Assembly: GCA_020341815.1 (NCBI GenBank)
Contig: CP070837.1
Span: 1,474,607 to 1,538,606, forward strand
From: Candidatus Omnitrophota bacterium
Lineage (GTDB): Bacteria; Omnitrophota; Gorgyraeia; JAFGHF01
Direction: 5' to 3'
DNA length: 64,000 nucleotides
Shown here: in pieces, positions 49,821 through 58,889 of the stretch
Numbering within the stretch: the stretch's first letter is position 1
How the letters are laid out: the number at the start of each line of letters is the position of its first letter
Made by a program: the position numbers and the translations under genes
Notes under the pieces: generated by a model
The model's input: only the letters and a program-made list of their open reading frames with translations
The model's database searches: none
What the model was told of the DNA's origin: nothing

Positions 49821-50822
49821 ATGCCCCGGATACAACCAAACGCTAACTTTCATACTGTTACTGAAAAGACAGTGCTCGATGACCGTAAAGATAAGGAGTT
49901 TTTAGAGTATCGGCGGCGCTGGTATGAATTCCCGATTAATTTTATCGTGGGTGGATTTCCTATACATTTAGATATAGAGACTACAAATATATGCAATCTT
50001 CACTGCCCATTTTGCGCAACAACCTTTAAAAATTGGGGACCCTATAAAAAAGGGCTTTTGGATTTATCTCTTTTTAAAAGAATCATTGACGAAGGGGCTG
50101 ACAATGGACTTTGTTCTGTAAAACTTAGCCTGCGCGGCGAACCATTGTTACACCCCGATATTGCCGAGATGGTAGCTTATGCCAAGAAAAGAGGTATTAT
50201 AGATATCTATTTTAATACCAATGGCACTTTTCTTGATGAAAACAAAATAAATCAGTTAATAGATTCGGGCCTGGACAGGATATCAATCTCCTTCGAGGGA
50301 ATTAGTAAAGAAGTTTACCAGAGGTATCGCCCGGGCGCTGAGTATGAATCTGTAGTTGATAATATAAAGAAATTGCGGCAGATTCGGGATAAGAGAAATT
50401 TGCCCCATCCTAAGATTAGAATCCAGACAGTGTTACTCCCGGAATTAAGGGAAGCATTTACTGAATATGTGGGATTTTGGGAGAAGATTGCCGATGAGGT
50501 ATCATATTTAGATGCAAGGAAAGAAACACCGAAAGATAAGCATAAAGGAGGGATAGCTGATTGGGCTTGTCCGTTTCTTTGGCAAAGAATGGTCATACTT
50601 TGGGATGGGACAATTTTGCCTTGCCTTATGCATGGTGTTGATAACTTTAGCCTGATGAGTTTGGGCAATGTGAAAGAACTCAGCATCAAAGAGATGTGGC
50701 AAGGTAAAGAAGTTTTCCGTTATAGAGAAATTCACCGCTTAGGTCAATCGCATAAGCTTGAGGCTTGTGAGCGTTGTTCCTACCGGGCTATGGAATTGGA
50801 GAAACTCGAGATAAAGAAATGA
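49821..50822 (+). CDS. Radical SAM protein with SPASM/Twitch domain
   Basis: 'CNLHCPFC', 'LRGEP', 'CPFLW...PC...CERC'. Confidence 0.88.
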   Translation: MPRIQPNANFHTVTEKTVLDDRKDKEFLEYRRRWYEFPINFIVGGFPIHLDIETTNICNLHCPFCATTFKNWGPYKKGLLDLSLFKRIIDEGADNGLCSVKLSLRGEPLLHPDIAEMVAYAKKRGIIDIYFNTNGTFLDENKINQLIDSGLDRISISFEGISKEVYQRYRPGAEYESVVDNIKKLRQIRDKRNLPHPKIRIQTVLLPELREAFTEYVGFWEKIADEVSYLDARKETPKDKHKGGIADWACPFLWQRMVILWDGTILPCLMHGVDNFSLMSLGNVKELSIKEMWQGKEVFRYREIHRLGQSHKLEACERCSYRAMELEKLEIKK

Positions 50823-50830
50823 GGTAGAAT

Positions 50831-51583
50831 ATGATATTTGAAGATATTAAAGAAAAAAAGGTGCTTGTGACCGGTGCCGGTACGGGGATAGGCGCCTGCA
50901 TTGCCGAAGTTTTCGCTTCTTGCGGCGCTTTTGTCGGCATCCACTACCGAAACAGCAAAAAGGAAGCCACAGCGCTTAAAAACCATATATTAAAATGCGG
51001 CGGAAGAGCAGAATTATTCAAAGTAAACTTGCTGGATAGCTCTTCCCGTGAAAAACTTATACCAGCTTTTGTAAAGGCCTTTGGCGGCTTAGATATACTT
51101 ATCAATAATGCAGGCGGTATTTATGGATTTAAAGATTTCCTGAAATTAGATGAGAAATCCTGGGAGGATACCTTTACTCTCAATGCCAAATCTGCCTTTT
51201 TTTTGGCAAGAGATGCCTTTTTTTACATGAAGAGGCACGGCGGAGGTAAAATTATTAATATTAGTTCCGTCTCGGCAAAGTATGGTGGCTCATCTCAATC
51301 TATCCATTATGGCGCTGCTAAGGCGGCGCTTGAAGCAGTTACCAAAGGCTTAGCACGCGCAGGCGCAAAATACAATATTTTGGCTAATTCTATCAGGGGT
51401 GGATTTATAGATACTCCTTTTCATAAAAAAATAGCTCGTGAGAATATAACAGAGAGAATAAACCTTATACCGTTAAAACGAGCGGGAAAGCCGATAGATA
51501 TTGCAAAAACGGCCTTATTTTTAGGTTCAAGCGCCGGGGATTATGTTACAGGTGAGACTTTTACAGTTGCCGGAGGAGATTAA
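50831..51583 (+). CDS. Short-chain dehydrogenase/reductase (FabG-like)
   Basis: 'TGAGTGIG', 'NNAG', 'YGAAK'. Confidence 0.9.
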   Translation: MIFEDIKEKKVLVTGAGTGIGACIAEVFASCGAFVGIHYRNSKKEATALKNHILKCGGRAELFKVNLLDSSSREKLIPAFVKAFGGLDILINNAGGIYGFKDFLKLDEKSWEDTFTLNAKSAFFLARDAFFYMKRHGGGKIINISSVSAKYGGSSQSIHYGAAKAALEAVTKGLARAGAKYNILANSIRGGFIDTPFHKKIARENITERINLIPLKRAGKPIDIAKTALFLGSSAGDYVTGETFTVAGGD

Positions 51584-51589
51584 AGAGGG

Positions 51590-52573
51590 ATGAAAGAGAC
51601 CGATATCAGGCGACGAAAACTATTCGATAATTATTTATCAACAATAAAGAAGGATATCCCGATTTATTTTAAAGAGAGGGGTCTTTTTCAGGCTGTTTCT
51701 TGCCCCGGATGTAATAGCAAAAGGCACCGCTCGGAATTTAAGAAGAACTCCTTTGTATATGCTTTATGCGACAGATGCGGGACCATTTTTGTTAATCCGA
51801 GGCCATGTTTTAAACAATTAAAGGCCTTTTATGTTGATTCAGCATCCAGTCGGTATTGGACACGGAAGTTTTTTCCGCCTGTTGCCGAGGCAAGAAGAAG
51901 GGAAATCTTTCGGCCGCGAGCCGAGTATATAGGTAAAGTTTTATCTAAAAAGAATAAATGGACAGTGGGGGATGTAGGGGCAGGTTTTGGGCTTTTTCTT
52001 GAAGAATTAGCAAAGCTTAAGCCCTCTATAAGGCCAGTCGTGATCGAGCCTTCTGTGGAGATGGCCGATATTTGCAGATCGAAGGGCCTGGAAGTTATCC
52101 CTCAGGCATTAGAGGACATTCGGGGCTGGGATAGGCGTTTTGATTTACTTACTGCTTTCGAGCTTTTTGAACACCTTTATGACCCGGGTCAATTTCTAAA
52201 GAAAATCGGGCAACTTCTGCGCCCGGGAGGGTATTTGTTTTTAACTACTCTAAACGGCAAAGGTTTCGATATTCAGATGTTCTGGGAAAAATCTAAAAGT
52301 ATATTTCCACCGCATCATTTGAATTTTTTTAATCCAGGCTCTGTTGCAACCTTGCTTCAGAAAAATGATTTTATCGTAGAAGAGATTAGCACCCCGGGGC
52401 AATTGGACTGGGATATAGTCGAAGGGATGATCTTGAAAGAAAAGATAAAAGTCGGCCGCTTTTGGCAATTGCTGGCAAAAAGTAAAAATGAACAGGCAAA
52501 AAAGGCTCTTCAGGATTGGATTAGAAAATACCAATTCAGTTCACATATGCAGGTTTTAGCTAAGAAGAAATAG
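51590..52573 (+). CDS. Class I SAM methyltransferase with N-terminal Zn-ribbon
   Basis: 'CPGC...CDRC', 'DVGAGFG', 'FELFEH', 'PPHHLNFF'. Confidence 0.87.
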   Translation: MKETDIRRRKLFDNYLSTIKKDIPIYFKERGLFQAVSCPGCNSKRHRSEFKKNSFVYALCDRCGTIFVNPRPCFKQLKAFYVDSASSRYWTRKFFPPVAEARRREIFRPRAEYIGKVLSKKNKWTVGDVGAGFGLFLEELAKLKPSIRPVVIEPSVEMADICRSKGLEVIPQALEDIRGWDRRFDLLTAFELFEHLYDPGQFLKKIGQLLRPGGYLFLTTLNGKGFDIQMFWEKSKSIFPPHHLNFFNPGSVATLLQKNDFIVEEISTPGQLDWDIVEGMILKEKIKVGRFWQLLAKSKNEQAKKALQDWIRKYQFSSHMQVLAKKK

Positions 52574-52585
52574 GCAGGGAATTAG

Positions 52586-53512
52586 ATGCAGTTTAAGAAA
52601 TTTGCTAAAGATCATTTGCCGGATAATGCTTACAAACTATTAAGGCATTATTGGCGCACCATTTGCAGCAATTTAGCGATTATATCGATTAAACTCGCTA
52701 TTGCCGAGCAAGGTCTTCTTAAACTTTATCGTCAATTAAGTAATATTGTGCCGGATATCACTCATCAATACAGCAGTTTTAAAATAGACAATAAATATCT
52801 GCAGTTGAAAGTAAGAGCGCAGCATAGTTTCCAGATTAATCTGGCAAACAAGGCTATCGAGATGACGGCTATCGAAAGAAACAATAAAGAGCTTAAGATA
52901 ATTGATATTGGCGATTCTTGCGGTACTCATGTTCAATACATAAAAGGTCTATGGCCAAACAAACAAATTCGTACGCTTAGCATTAACTTAGACAGCAATG
53001 CAGCAGAGCGAATAAAACAAAAAGGGTTAGAAGCTATATGCGGCAGGGCAGAAGATATAAAGACTTATTCTGCCAGCGGAGATATATTTTTATCTTTTGA
53101 GATGCTTGAGCATTTGATGAACCCGTTTCAATTTTTACATAATCTTTCCGAAGGTACAGATTGCAAGTTTTTAGTAATTACCGTTCCTTATCTGCGTCAT
53201 AGCCGGTTAGGGTTCCAGCGCATGCGAAATAATGATAAAATAGAATTAAATGCCGAAAATACGCATATATTGGAACTTTCTCCTGACGATTGGCGGTTGC
53301 TTTTTCAATTTTCCGGCTGGCGTGTTGAATATGATACGATCTATTTGCAATACCCCAGATGGAATCTCTTGCGCATGATGAAATTTTATTGGAGCAAGTT
53401 TGATTTTGAGGGCTTTTATGGAGCAATTTTGGTTAGAGATTTGACATGGAGCAACTTGTATAAAAATTGGGAACAAGTAATAACAGAAAAAGAATGCTTA
53501 AGATTGCAATAA
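52586..53512 (+). CDS. Methyltransferase-domain protein
   Basis: 'IIDIGDSCG', 'SFEMLEH', 'ITVP'. Confidence 0.7.
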   Translation: MQFKKFAKDHLPDNAYKLLRHYWRTICSNLAIISIKLAIAEQGLLKLYRQLSNIVPDITHQYSSFKIDNKYLQLKVRAQHSFQINLANKAIEMTAIERNNKELKIIDIGDSCGTHVQYIKGLWPNKQIRTLSINLDSNAAERIKQKGLEAICGRAEDIKTYSASGDIFLSFEMLEHLMNPFQFLHNLSEGTDCKFLVITVPYLRHSRLGFQRMRNNDKIELNAENTHILELSPDDWRLLFQFSGWRVEYDTIYLQYPRWNLLRMMKFYWSKFDFEGFYGAILVRDLTWSNLYKNWEQVITEKECLRLQ

Positions 53513-54405
53513 CTACCACATCATTCGGAGAGTTTGACGAAAAGCCTTTGAGCCTTTTGAGGGATTCCGGCTTTGAAGTTGTGTTAAATTCTTATGGCAG
53601 AAAGCTTGAAGAAAAAGAAGTTATTGAGCTGACAAAGGATGCTATCGGTCTTATCGCTGGAACCGAAGCTTTGGATTCGAAAACTTTAGCAGGGCTGCCG
53701 CAACTTAAAGTCATCTCGCGTTGCGGAGCGGGAATAGACAATGTGGATTTAGAAGCAGCCGAAGGGGCAGGAATAAAGGTCTATAATACTGCTGATGCGC
53801 CAACGGTGGCTGTTGCAGAATTAACAATCGGTCTGATATTGGGGCTACTGCGCAAAATACCAATTATGCACCGGGAAATCAGCAACGGTTTATGGAAAAA
53901 AAGGACAGGGAATCTTTTGTCCGGTAAACAGGTTGGCATTGTTGGTTTTGGCAGGATTGGCAGAAAAGTAGCAGGGTTGCTTAAGGAAATGAGAGCCAAT
54001 GTATTTTATACCGATCCATTCATAATAGAAAAAGGAGAATTCGCGAAGGTTAAATTTAAAGAGCTTTTAAAAAAGTCTGATATTATAAGTTTACATCTTT
54101 CCTATTCACAAGAAAACCGTAATTTGCTGGGAAGAGAGGAATTTTCTTTAATGAAGCAGGGAGCATTCTTAATAAACGCATCGCGAGGGGGCATTGTGGA
54201 TGAAGATGCGCTTTACCTGGCGCTTAAAGAAGGAAGGCTTGCCGGGGCTGCTCTGGATGTTTTTGAAGAAGAGCCTTATAAGGGCCGACTAAAGGAATTG
54301 GATAATGTAATCCTCACCCCGCATATCGGTTCCTACGCGAAAGAATCCCGGATAGAAATGGAGATGCGGGCCGTGCATAATTTGCTAGAAGGTTTAGGGT
54401 GTTAA
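53494..54405 (+). CDS. D-2-hydroxyacid dehydrogenase (phosphoglycerate dehydrogenase-like, no ACT domain)
   Basis: 'GAGIDNVD', 'VGFGRIG', 'INASRG', 'LDVFEEEP', 'TPHIG'. Confidence 0.88.
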   Translation: MLKIAITTTSFGEFDEKPLSLLRDSGFEVVLNSYGRKLEEKEVIELTKDAIGLIAGTEALDSKTLAGLPQLKVISRCGAGIDNVDLEAAEGAGIKVYNTADAPTVAVAELTIGLILGLLRKIPIMHREISNGLWKKRTGNLLSGKQVGIVGFGRIGRKVAGLLKEMRANVFYTDPFIIEKGEFAKVKFKELLKKSDIISLHLSYSQENRNLLGREEFSLMKQGAFLINASRGGIVDEDALYLALKEGRLAGAALDVFEEEPYKGRLKELDNVILTPHIGSYAKESRIEMEMRAVHNLLEGLGC

Positions 54406-54406
54406 G

Positions 54407-55069
54407 TTGATTAAGGCAATTATTTTCGATTTTGATGGTGTGATTGTGGAATCGGCGGATATTAAGACAGAGGCCTTTAGGGAACTTTTCGCTGCTTATC
54501 CGCAAAGAATCAAGGAAATCATAGATTATCATTTAATAAATGCCGGCGTTTCCCGTTATGTTAAGTTTCGATACATTTATGAACGAATCTTAGAGAAAGG
54601 CCTTCTTAAGAATAGAGAAATTGAGCTGGGAAATCGCTTTTCTCAAATAGTACTGGAGAAAATTCTTAACGCCCCTTTAGTAGCCGGGGCAAAGGAATTC
54701 TTCGATGCCAACAGAAGTAGATATCAATTCTTCGTTGCTTCGGGCACGCCGGAAGAAGAGCTGCGTGAGATTATTGAGGCAAGGGGCTTGCAGGGACATT
54801 TTAAAGAGATACACGGCAGCCCAAAGAAAAAAACAGCTATTATAAACGAGATAATAAATAAATACAGTTTTGCAAAGAATGAAGTTGTTTATGTCGGTGA
54901 TGCACAAAGCGACCGTATTTCAGCAGAAGAGGCAGGAATAGTCTTTATTGAACGTAAACCCGACTTAGATTTAAAGTCAGGAAGTTATCCATGGGCCATA
55001 AAAGACCTATCCGACTTCGGTGAAATTTTAAAAAAAATTGAAAAAATTAACTTTTGGAGGAATGATTAA
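54407..55069 (+). CDS. HAD-family phosphatase
   Basis: 'IIFDFDGVIVES', 'VASG', 'VGDAQSD'. Confidence 0.88.
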   Translation: MIKAIIFDFDGVIVESADIKTEAFRELFAAYPQRIKEIIDYHLINAGVSRYVKFRYIYERILEKGLLKNREIELGNRFSQIVLEKILNAPLVAGAKEFFDANRSRYQFFVASGTPEEELREIIEARGLQGHFKEIHGSPKKKTAIINEIINKYSFAKNEVVYVGDAQSDRISAEEAGIVFIERKPDLDLKSGSYPWAIKDLSDFGEILKKIEKINFWRND

Positions 55070-55070
55070 G

Positions 55071-55967
55071 ATGAAGATAATTGTTTTTGGTGGATCAGGA
55101 TTTATTGGTAGCCATGTGGCGGATATATTAACTGAAAGCGGACATGAAGTTAGAATTTTTGATTTGGAACCTTCGCCTTACTTTAAAGCGAATCAAGAAA
55201 TGATTACAGGAGATATTTTGGATGAACAGAAGGTAAACAAGGCTGTTGAGGATTGCGATTATATTTACCATTTTGCAGGTATAGCGGACCTTGACGATGC
55301 CAGGACCAAATCCTTAGAGACAGTAACTCAAAATATAAAAGGAACGGCAGTTTTACTTGGAGCAGCTCGTCGCATAAGAGCGAAAAGATTTGTTTTTGCC
55401 AGCACCGTTTATGTTTATAGCGACAGAGGAGGCTTCTACCGTTGCAGTAAACAGGCAGCAGAACTCTATGTGGAAGAATACCAGAGGCATTACGGCTTAG
55501 ATTACACTATATTACGCTACGGCAGTGTTTATGGACCGCGCGCCGACCATCGCAATAGTGTCTATAAATATTTAAAACAGGCCATGGAAGAAGGGAAGAT
55601 TGAAATTTGCGCTAACGGTGAAGAAATGAGAGAATACATTCATGTAAGAGATGCTGCGCGTTTGAGCGTAGAGGCGCTTTCAGAAAAACATAGGAATCAG
55701 CATATAATTATTACAGGGCACCACCCGATGAAATTTAGAGATTTTCTATATACAATAAAAGAAATCCTGGGTAATAAAGTTAAAATCGAATTTAAAGAAG
55801 TTATTCCAAACTCTCCGCATTATAACTTAACTCCTTATTCCTTTATTCCAAAAATCGGCTATAAGCTTACCGCAAATCATTACTTAGATATGGGGCAGGG
55901 ATTGCTGGAATGTATAGATGAGATCCATTCTTTCAATCAAATAAAAGAGGCTGTAAAAAATGCTTAA
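55071..55967 (+). CDS. NAD-dependent epimerase/dehydratase
   Basis: 'GGSGFIGSH' and 'YRCSK' (YxxxK). GGAGG Shine-Dalgarno at 55056-55060. Confidence 0.88.
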   Translation: MKIIVFGGSGFIGSHVADILTESGHEVRIFDLEPSPYFKANQEMITGDILDEQKVNKAVEDCDYIYHFAGIADLDDARTKSLETVTQNIKGTAVLLGAARRIRAKRFVFASTVYVYSDRGGFYRCSKQAAELYVEEYQRHYGLDYTILRYGSVYGPRADHRNSVYKYLKQAMEEGKIEICANGEEMREYIHVRDAARLSVEALSEKHRNQHIIITGHHPMKFRDFLYTIKEILGNKVKIEFKEVIPNSPHYNLTPYSFIPKIGYKLTANHYLDMGQGLLECIDEIHSFNQIKEAVKNA

Positions 55968-57966
55968 CGCTGCACTTTATGTATTTGACCGCATGCCTAA
56001 CGTGAGAAGGCTTATCCGATATTCTGATGAGAAAAATATCGACAAAATATTTCTCTGCCCTGTGACGGCCAATCAAGATACGACCTCTTTAATCGTTAAA
56101 CATTTTTCTTCAATAAAAAATCGTAAAATTGAAGTCATTCCATATTTAGAACATTTTAATAGACAGGCCTTTTTGGAACGCGATAATTTTATTCATTTCA
56201 TTTCTGAGTTTGGCGAAAAGCCAAGGTTCGGCGAGATTAACTTTAAAAAATACTTTAAATATCCGTTCAGTTCATTTTCCGTATGGTGGTCTTCCCTGAT
56301 ATTTGAAAAAAACCCTCTAAAAAGCGATGTGTACCATAGTTTAGTTCAATTACTTACTATACTAAAACTAAAGAAAGAATATAAATGCAAACAGCTAATA
56401 CTCGATATTGGATCGAAAGATTTATCCTGCACAATAATGCAGGATAGCATAAATAGGCAATACCATTGTATCGATTTCAAAAAATATAGAGTGCATTCAC
56501 AAATTGTTACTTTTTCAGTAAATTTCTTAAAGGGAATAAAACATTATTTTTATTTCATATATAAGATTTTTATTGTGACTGTTCATGCCAGGGGCTTAGG
56601 CTTTAGAAAAGAGATTTTAAGAAACGCCAGGTATCTCGCTATCAGTTACTTCCCTTTAATTGACAGAGAGTCTTTAAAACAAGAGAAGTTTGTTAATAAA
56701 TATTATGGCGCGCTGCAAACAGCGCTGGAAAATAAGTATAAAGACAGATTTATCTGGCTGGCAGTGTCACCCGGCATCGATGGTTTTAGTTTTCGGGATA
56801 GCGTTAAGCTGGGAAGACAGATAAATACCTGGAAATACCCGATTTATTTCCTGGAAGAATGGGTTAGCCCGAAGGACCTGCTTGTGATTATGGCCCATTA
56901 CGTTTATTTCATGATTAAGTGCATTATAAAGGTACCCTATCTTTCAAAAAGCTTCGAGTATTCTAAAGAAAGTATAAATGTCTGGAACATTTTTAAACAA
57001 GATTGGTTTTCTTCATTCGCCGGCGGAGCTTTAATGAGCAACATCTTTTATTTTAAGGCTTTTAGGAATATTTCTAATAAACTTAAATCCGGGACAGTTG
57101 TTACATACCTTGCCGAAAGTCAGCCCTGGGAAAGAACGTTAAATTTTACCCTCCATGATCAGAATAGGAATCTGAAAACCGTCGGGATAGTACATACTAC
57201 GATTCCACTATTGCTGTTACAGTTTTTCGATTCTAAAGATGATTTGCAATGGGATGAGCGCTCGAAATTTACTATGCCCAAACCGGATTATTTAGCATGT
57301 AACGGCAGGATTCCATTAGAAGTTTTTCAGGAAACAGGCTGGAGTAAAAAAAGAGCTTTTTTATGGTTCGCTATACGCTATCAGCATCTCAAAAAACATC
57401 TGCAAAAGAGGATTCCCTGGCAGAGCCGACAGAATAAAATCTTAGTCGCATTAGCGTTTAGCACCAAAGAAGCAAAGGAGTTATTATATTATATTCATCA
57501 AGCCTTCAGCGGACAGACAGATTACCAAATAATCATAAAAGGGCACTACCATGGGCTTCCCGTGCAAACTCTGATTAAGCGCTTGAATTTAGATTTTAAT
57601 AAAAATACCTTTATTTTTTCAAATGAAGAGCTGGATAGGCTTTTGCCTTTGGTAAAGGCGATGATCGTAGCCAGCTCTTCGGTTGCTTTGGAAAGCATCA
57701 CTTTCGGATGCCCGGTTATTATTCCCAGATTATCCGGCGTAATCGATATGAATCCACTTTCAGAAATTAGCGATTTGCCACTTTACGCACAAAGCCCTGA
57801 AAGGTTACGCGGCTTAGTAGATGATATCCTAACGCGAAGAGAATCCCCGGTAAATTATGAAAAATGTAAGAATTTTGTCGAGAATTACTTCGAATTCCCT
57901 GATTCCGAACACGAATTGATAGAAAAGATAGAAAGCTGTTTTGCAGCTGCCGGAAAGATGCTATGA
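55960..57966 (+). CDS. Large GT-B-like surface carbohydrate biosynthesis protein (TIGR04326-like)
   Basis: 'SVWWSSLIFEKN', 'AESQPWE', 'GIVHT', 'PDYLA', 'IKGH', 'SSVALE...GCP'. Confidence 0.6.
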   Translation: MLNAALYVFDRMPNVRRLIRYSDEKNIDKIFLCPVTANQDTTSLIVKHFSSIKNRKIEVIPYLEHFNRQAFLERDNFIHFISEFGEKPRFGEINFKKYFKYPFSSFSVWWSSLIFEKNPLKSDVYHSLVQLLTILKLKKEYKCKQLILDIGSKDLSCTIMQDSINRQYHCIDFKKYRVHSQIVTFSVNFLKGIKHYFYFIYKIFIVTVHARGLGFRKEILRNARYLAISYFPLIDRESLKQEKFVNKYYGALQTALENKYKDRFIWLAVSPGIDGFSFRDSVKLGRQINTWKYPIYFLEEWVSPKDLLVIMAHYVYFMIKCIIKVPYLSKSFEYSKESINVWNIFKQDWFSSFAGGALMSNIFYFKAFRNISNKLKSGTVVTYLAESQPWERTLNFTLHDQNRNLKTVGIVHTTIPLLLLQFFDSKDDLQWDERSKFTMPKPDYLACNGRIPLEVFQETGWSKKRAFLWFAIRYQHLKKHLQKRIPWQSRQNKILVALAFSTKEAKELLYYIHQAFSGQTDYQIIIKGHYHGLPVQTLIKRLNLDFNKNTFIFSNEELDRLLPLVKAMIVASSSVALESITFGCPVIIPRLSGVIDMNPLSEISDLPLYAQSPERLRGLVDDILTRRESPVNYEKCKNFVENYFEFPDSEHELIEKIESCFAAAGKML

Positions 57967-58880
57967 AAGAGATAAGCGTAGTCTTGACAACATATATGCT
58001 CGGTAAATATATACGAGTGGCGATAGAGTCAGTTCTCAAACAGACATTTAAGAATTACGAGCTTATTATAATTGACGATGGTTCAACCGATAGCACAGAG
58101 CAGGAGATTTTTAAATTCAAGGACGAGAGAATTAAATATATACGGCAGGACCATAGCGGCCTTCCTGCAAAGGCGAGGAATAAAGGCATCGAGATAGCTA
58201 CAGGCAAATTAATCGCTTTCTTTGACGGTGATGATTTCTGGTACCCGGGTAAACTCCAGAGATGCCTGGAGATTTTCAATAACGATTCAACGGTCGATAT
58301 CCTCTGCCATGATTTGAGTTTTTCGAGATTAAATGACGGAAAAGTATTTAAGCGAAGGTTTTTTGGGCCCTACCAGGATGATATGTATAAACAACTTTTA
58401 CTTAAAGGCAACGCCCTCACTGCATCATCAACTGTTATGAAAAGGTCCATATTTTCCGAAGATAGATACTTATTTTCTGAAGACAAGAAGTTTTTTAGCA
58501 CCGAAGACTATGATTTGTGGCTTAGGCTGGCTAAATCAAAAAGGTATCGCTTTTTTTATCTTCCCGAGATTCTTGGCGCGCACAGGGTTTTTGAAAATAG
58601 CGCAACTCTCTCAAATATCGAAAGGCATACTTTAAATATGCTCTATTTGTTTGATGAAAACGAAAAAGACCCCGGCTTTGACGAAAAGGGGCTTAAGAGA
58701 GTTATAAAAAAACGTAAATCCCAGGTTATGTTTAGCGCGGCCCTGGCATTTAATTACCACAAAAAATTTTCTCAGAGCCTGGCGTGGCATTTAAAGGCCA
58801 TTAAACAATATCCACTTTATTTAAAACCATACCTTACCTTTTTCGCTTCTCTGTTTAGAATAAAATTAGGTTATTTATAG
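57963..58880 (+). CDS. Glycosyltransferase family 2
   Basis: 'IIDDGSTD', 'ARNKG', 'FFDGDD' (DxD), 'EDYDLW'. Confidence 0.92.
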   Translation: MKEISVVLTTYMLGKYIRVAIESVLKQTFKNYELIIIDDGSTDSTEQEIFKFKDERIKYIRQDHSGLPAKARNKGIEIATGKLIAFFDGDDFWYPGKLQRCLEIFNNDSTVDILCHDLSFSRLNDGKVFKRRFFGPYQDDMYKQLLLKGNALTASSTVMKRSIFSEDRYLFSEDKKFFSTEDYDLWLRLAKSKRYRFFYLPEILGAHRVFENSATLSNIERHTLNMLYLFDENEKDPGFDEKGLKRVIKKRKSQVMFSAALAFNYHKKFSQSLAWHLKAIKQYPLYLKPYLTFFASLFRIKLGYL

Positions 58881-58889
58881 GTATAAATA

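Noticed and set aside
53494-54405. serA (serine biosynthesis)
   Set aside because: It is about 300 aa with no regulatory ACT domain and is embedded among glycan-tailoring genes.
55038-55094. Possible second duplicated gene start (KKLTFGG / MKIIVFGG)
   Set aside because: Only about 16/24 nt match, which is largely explained by the GGAGG Shine-Dalgarno and AT-richness.
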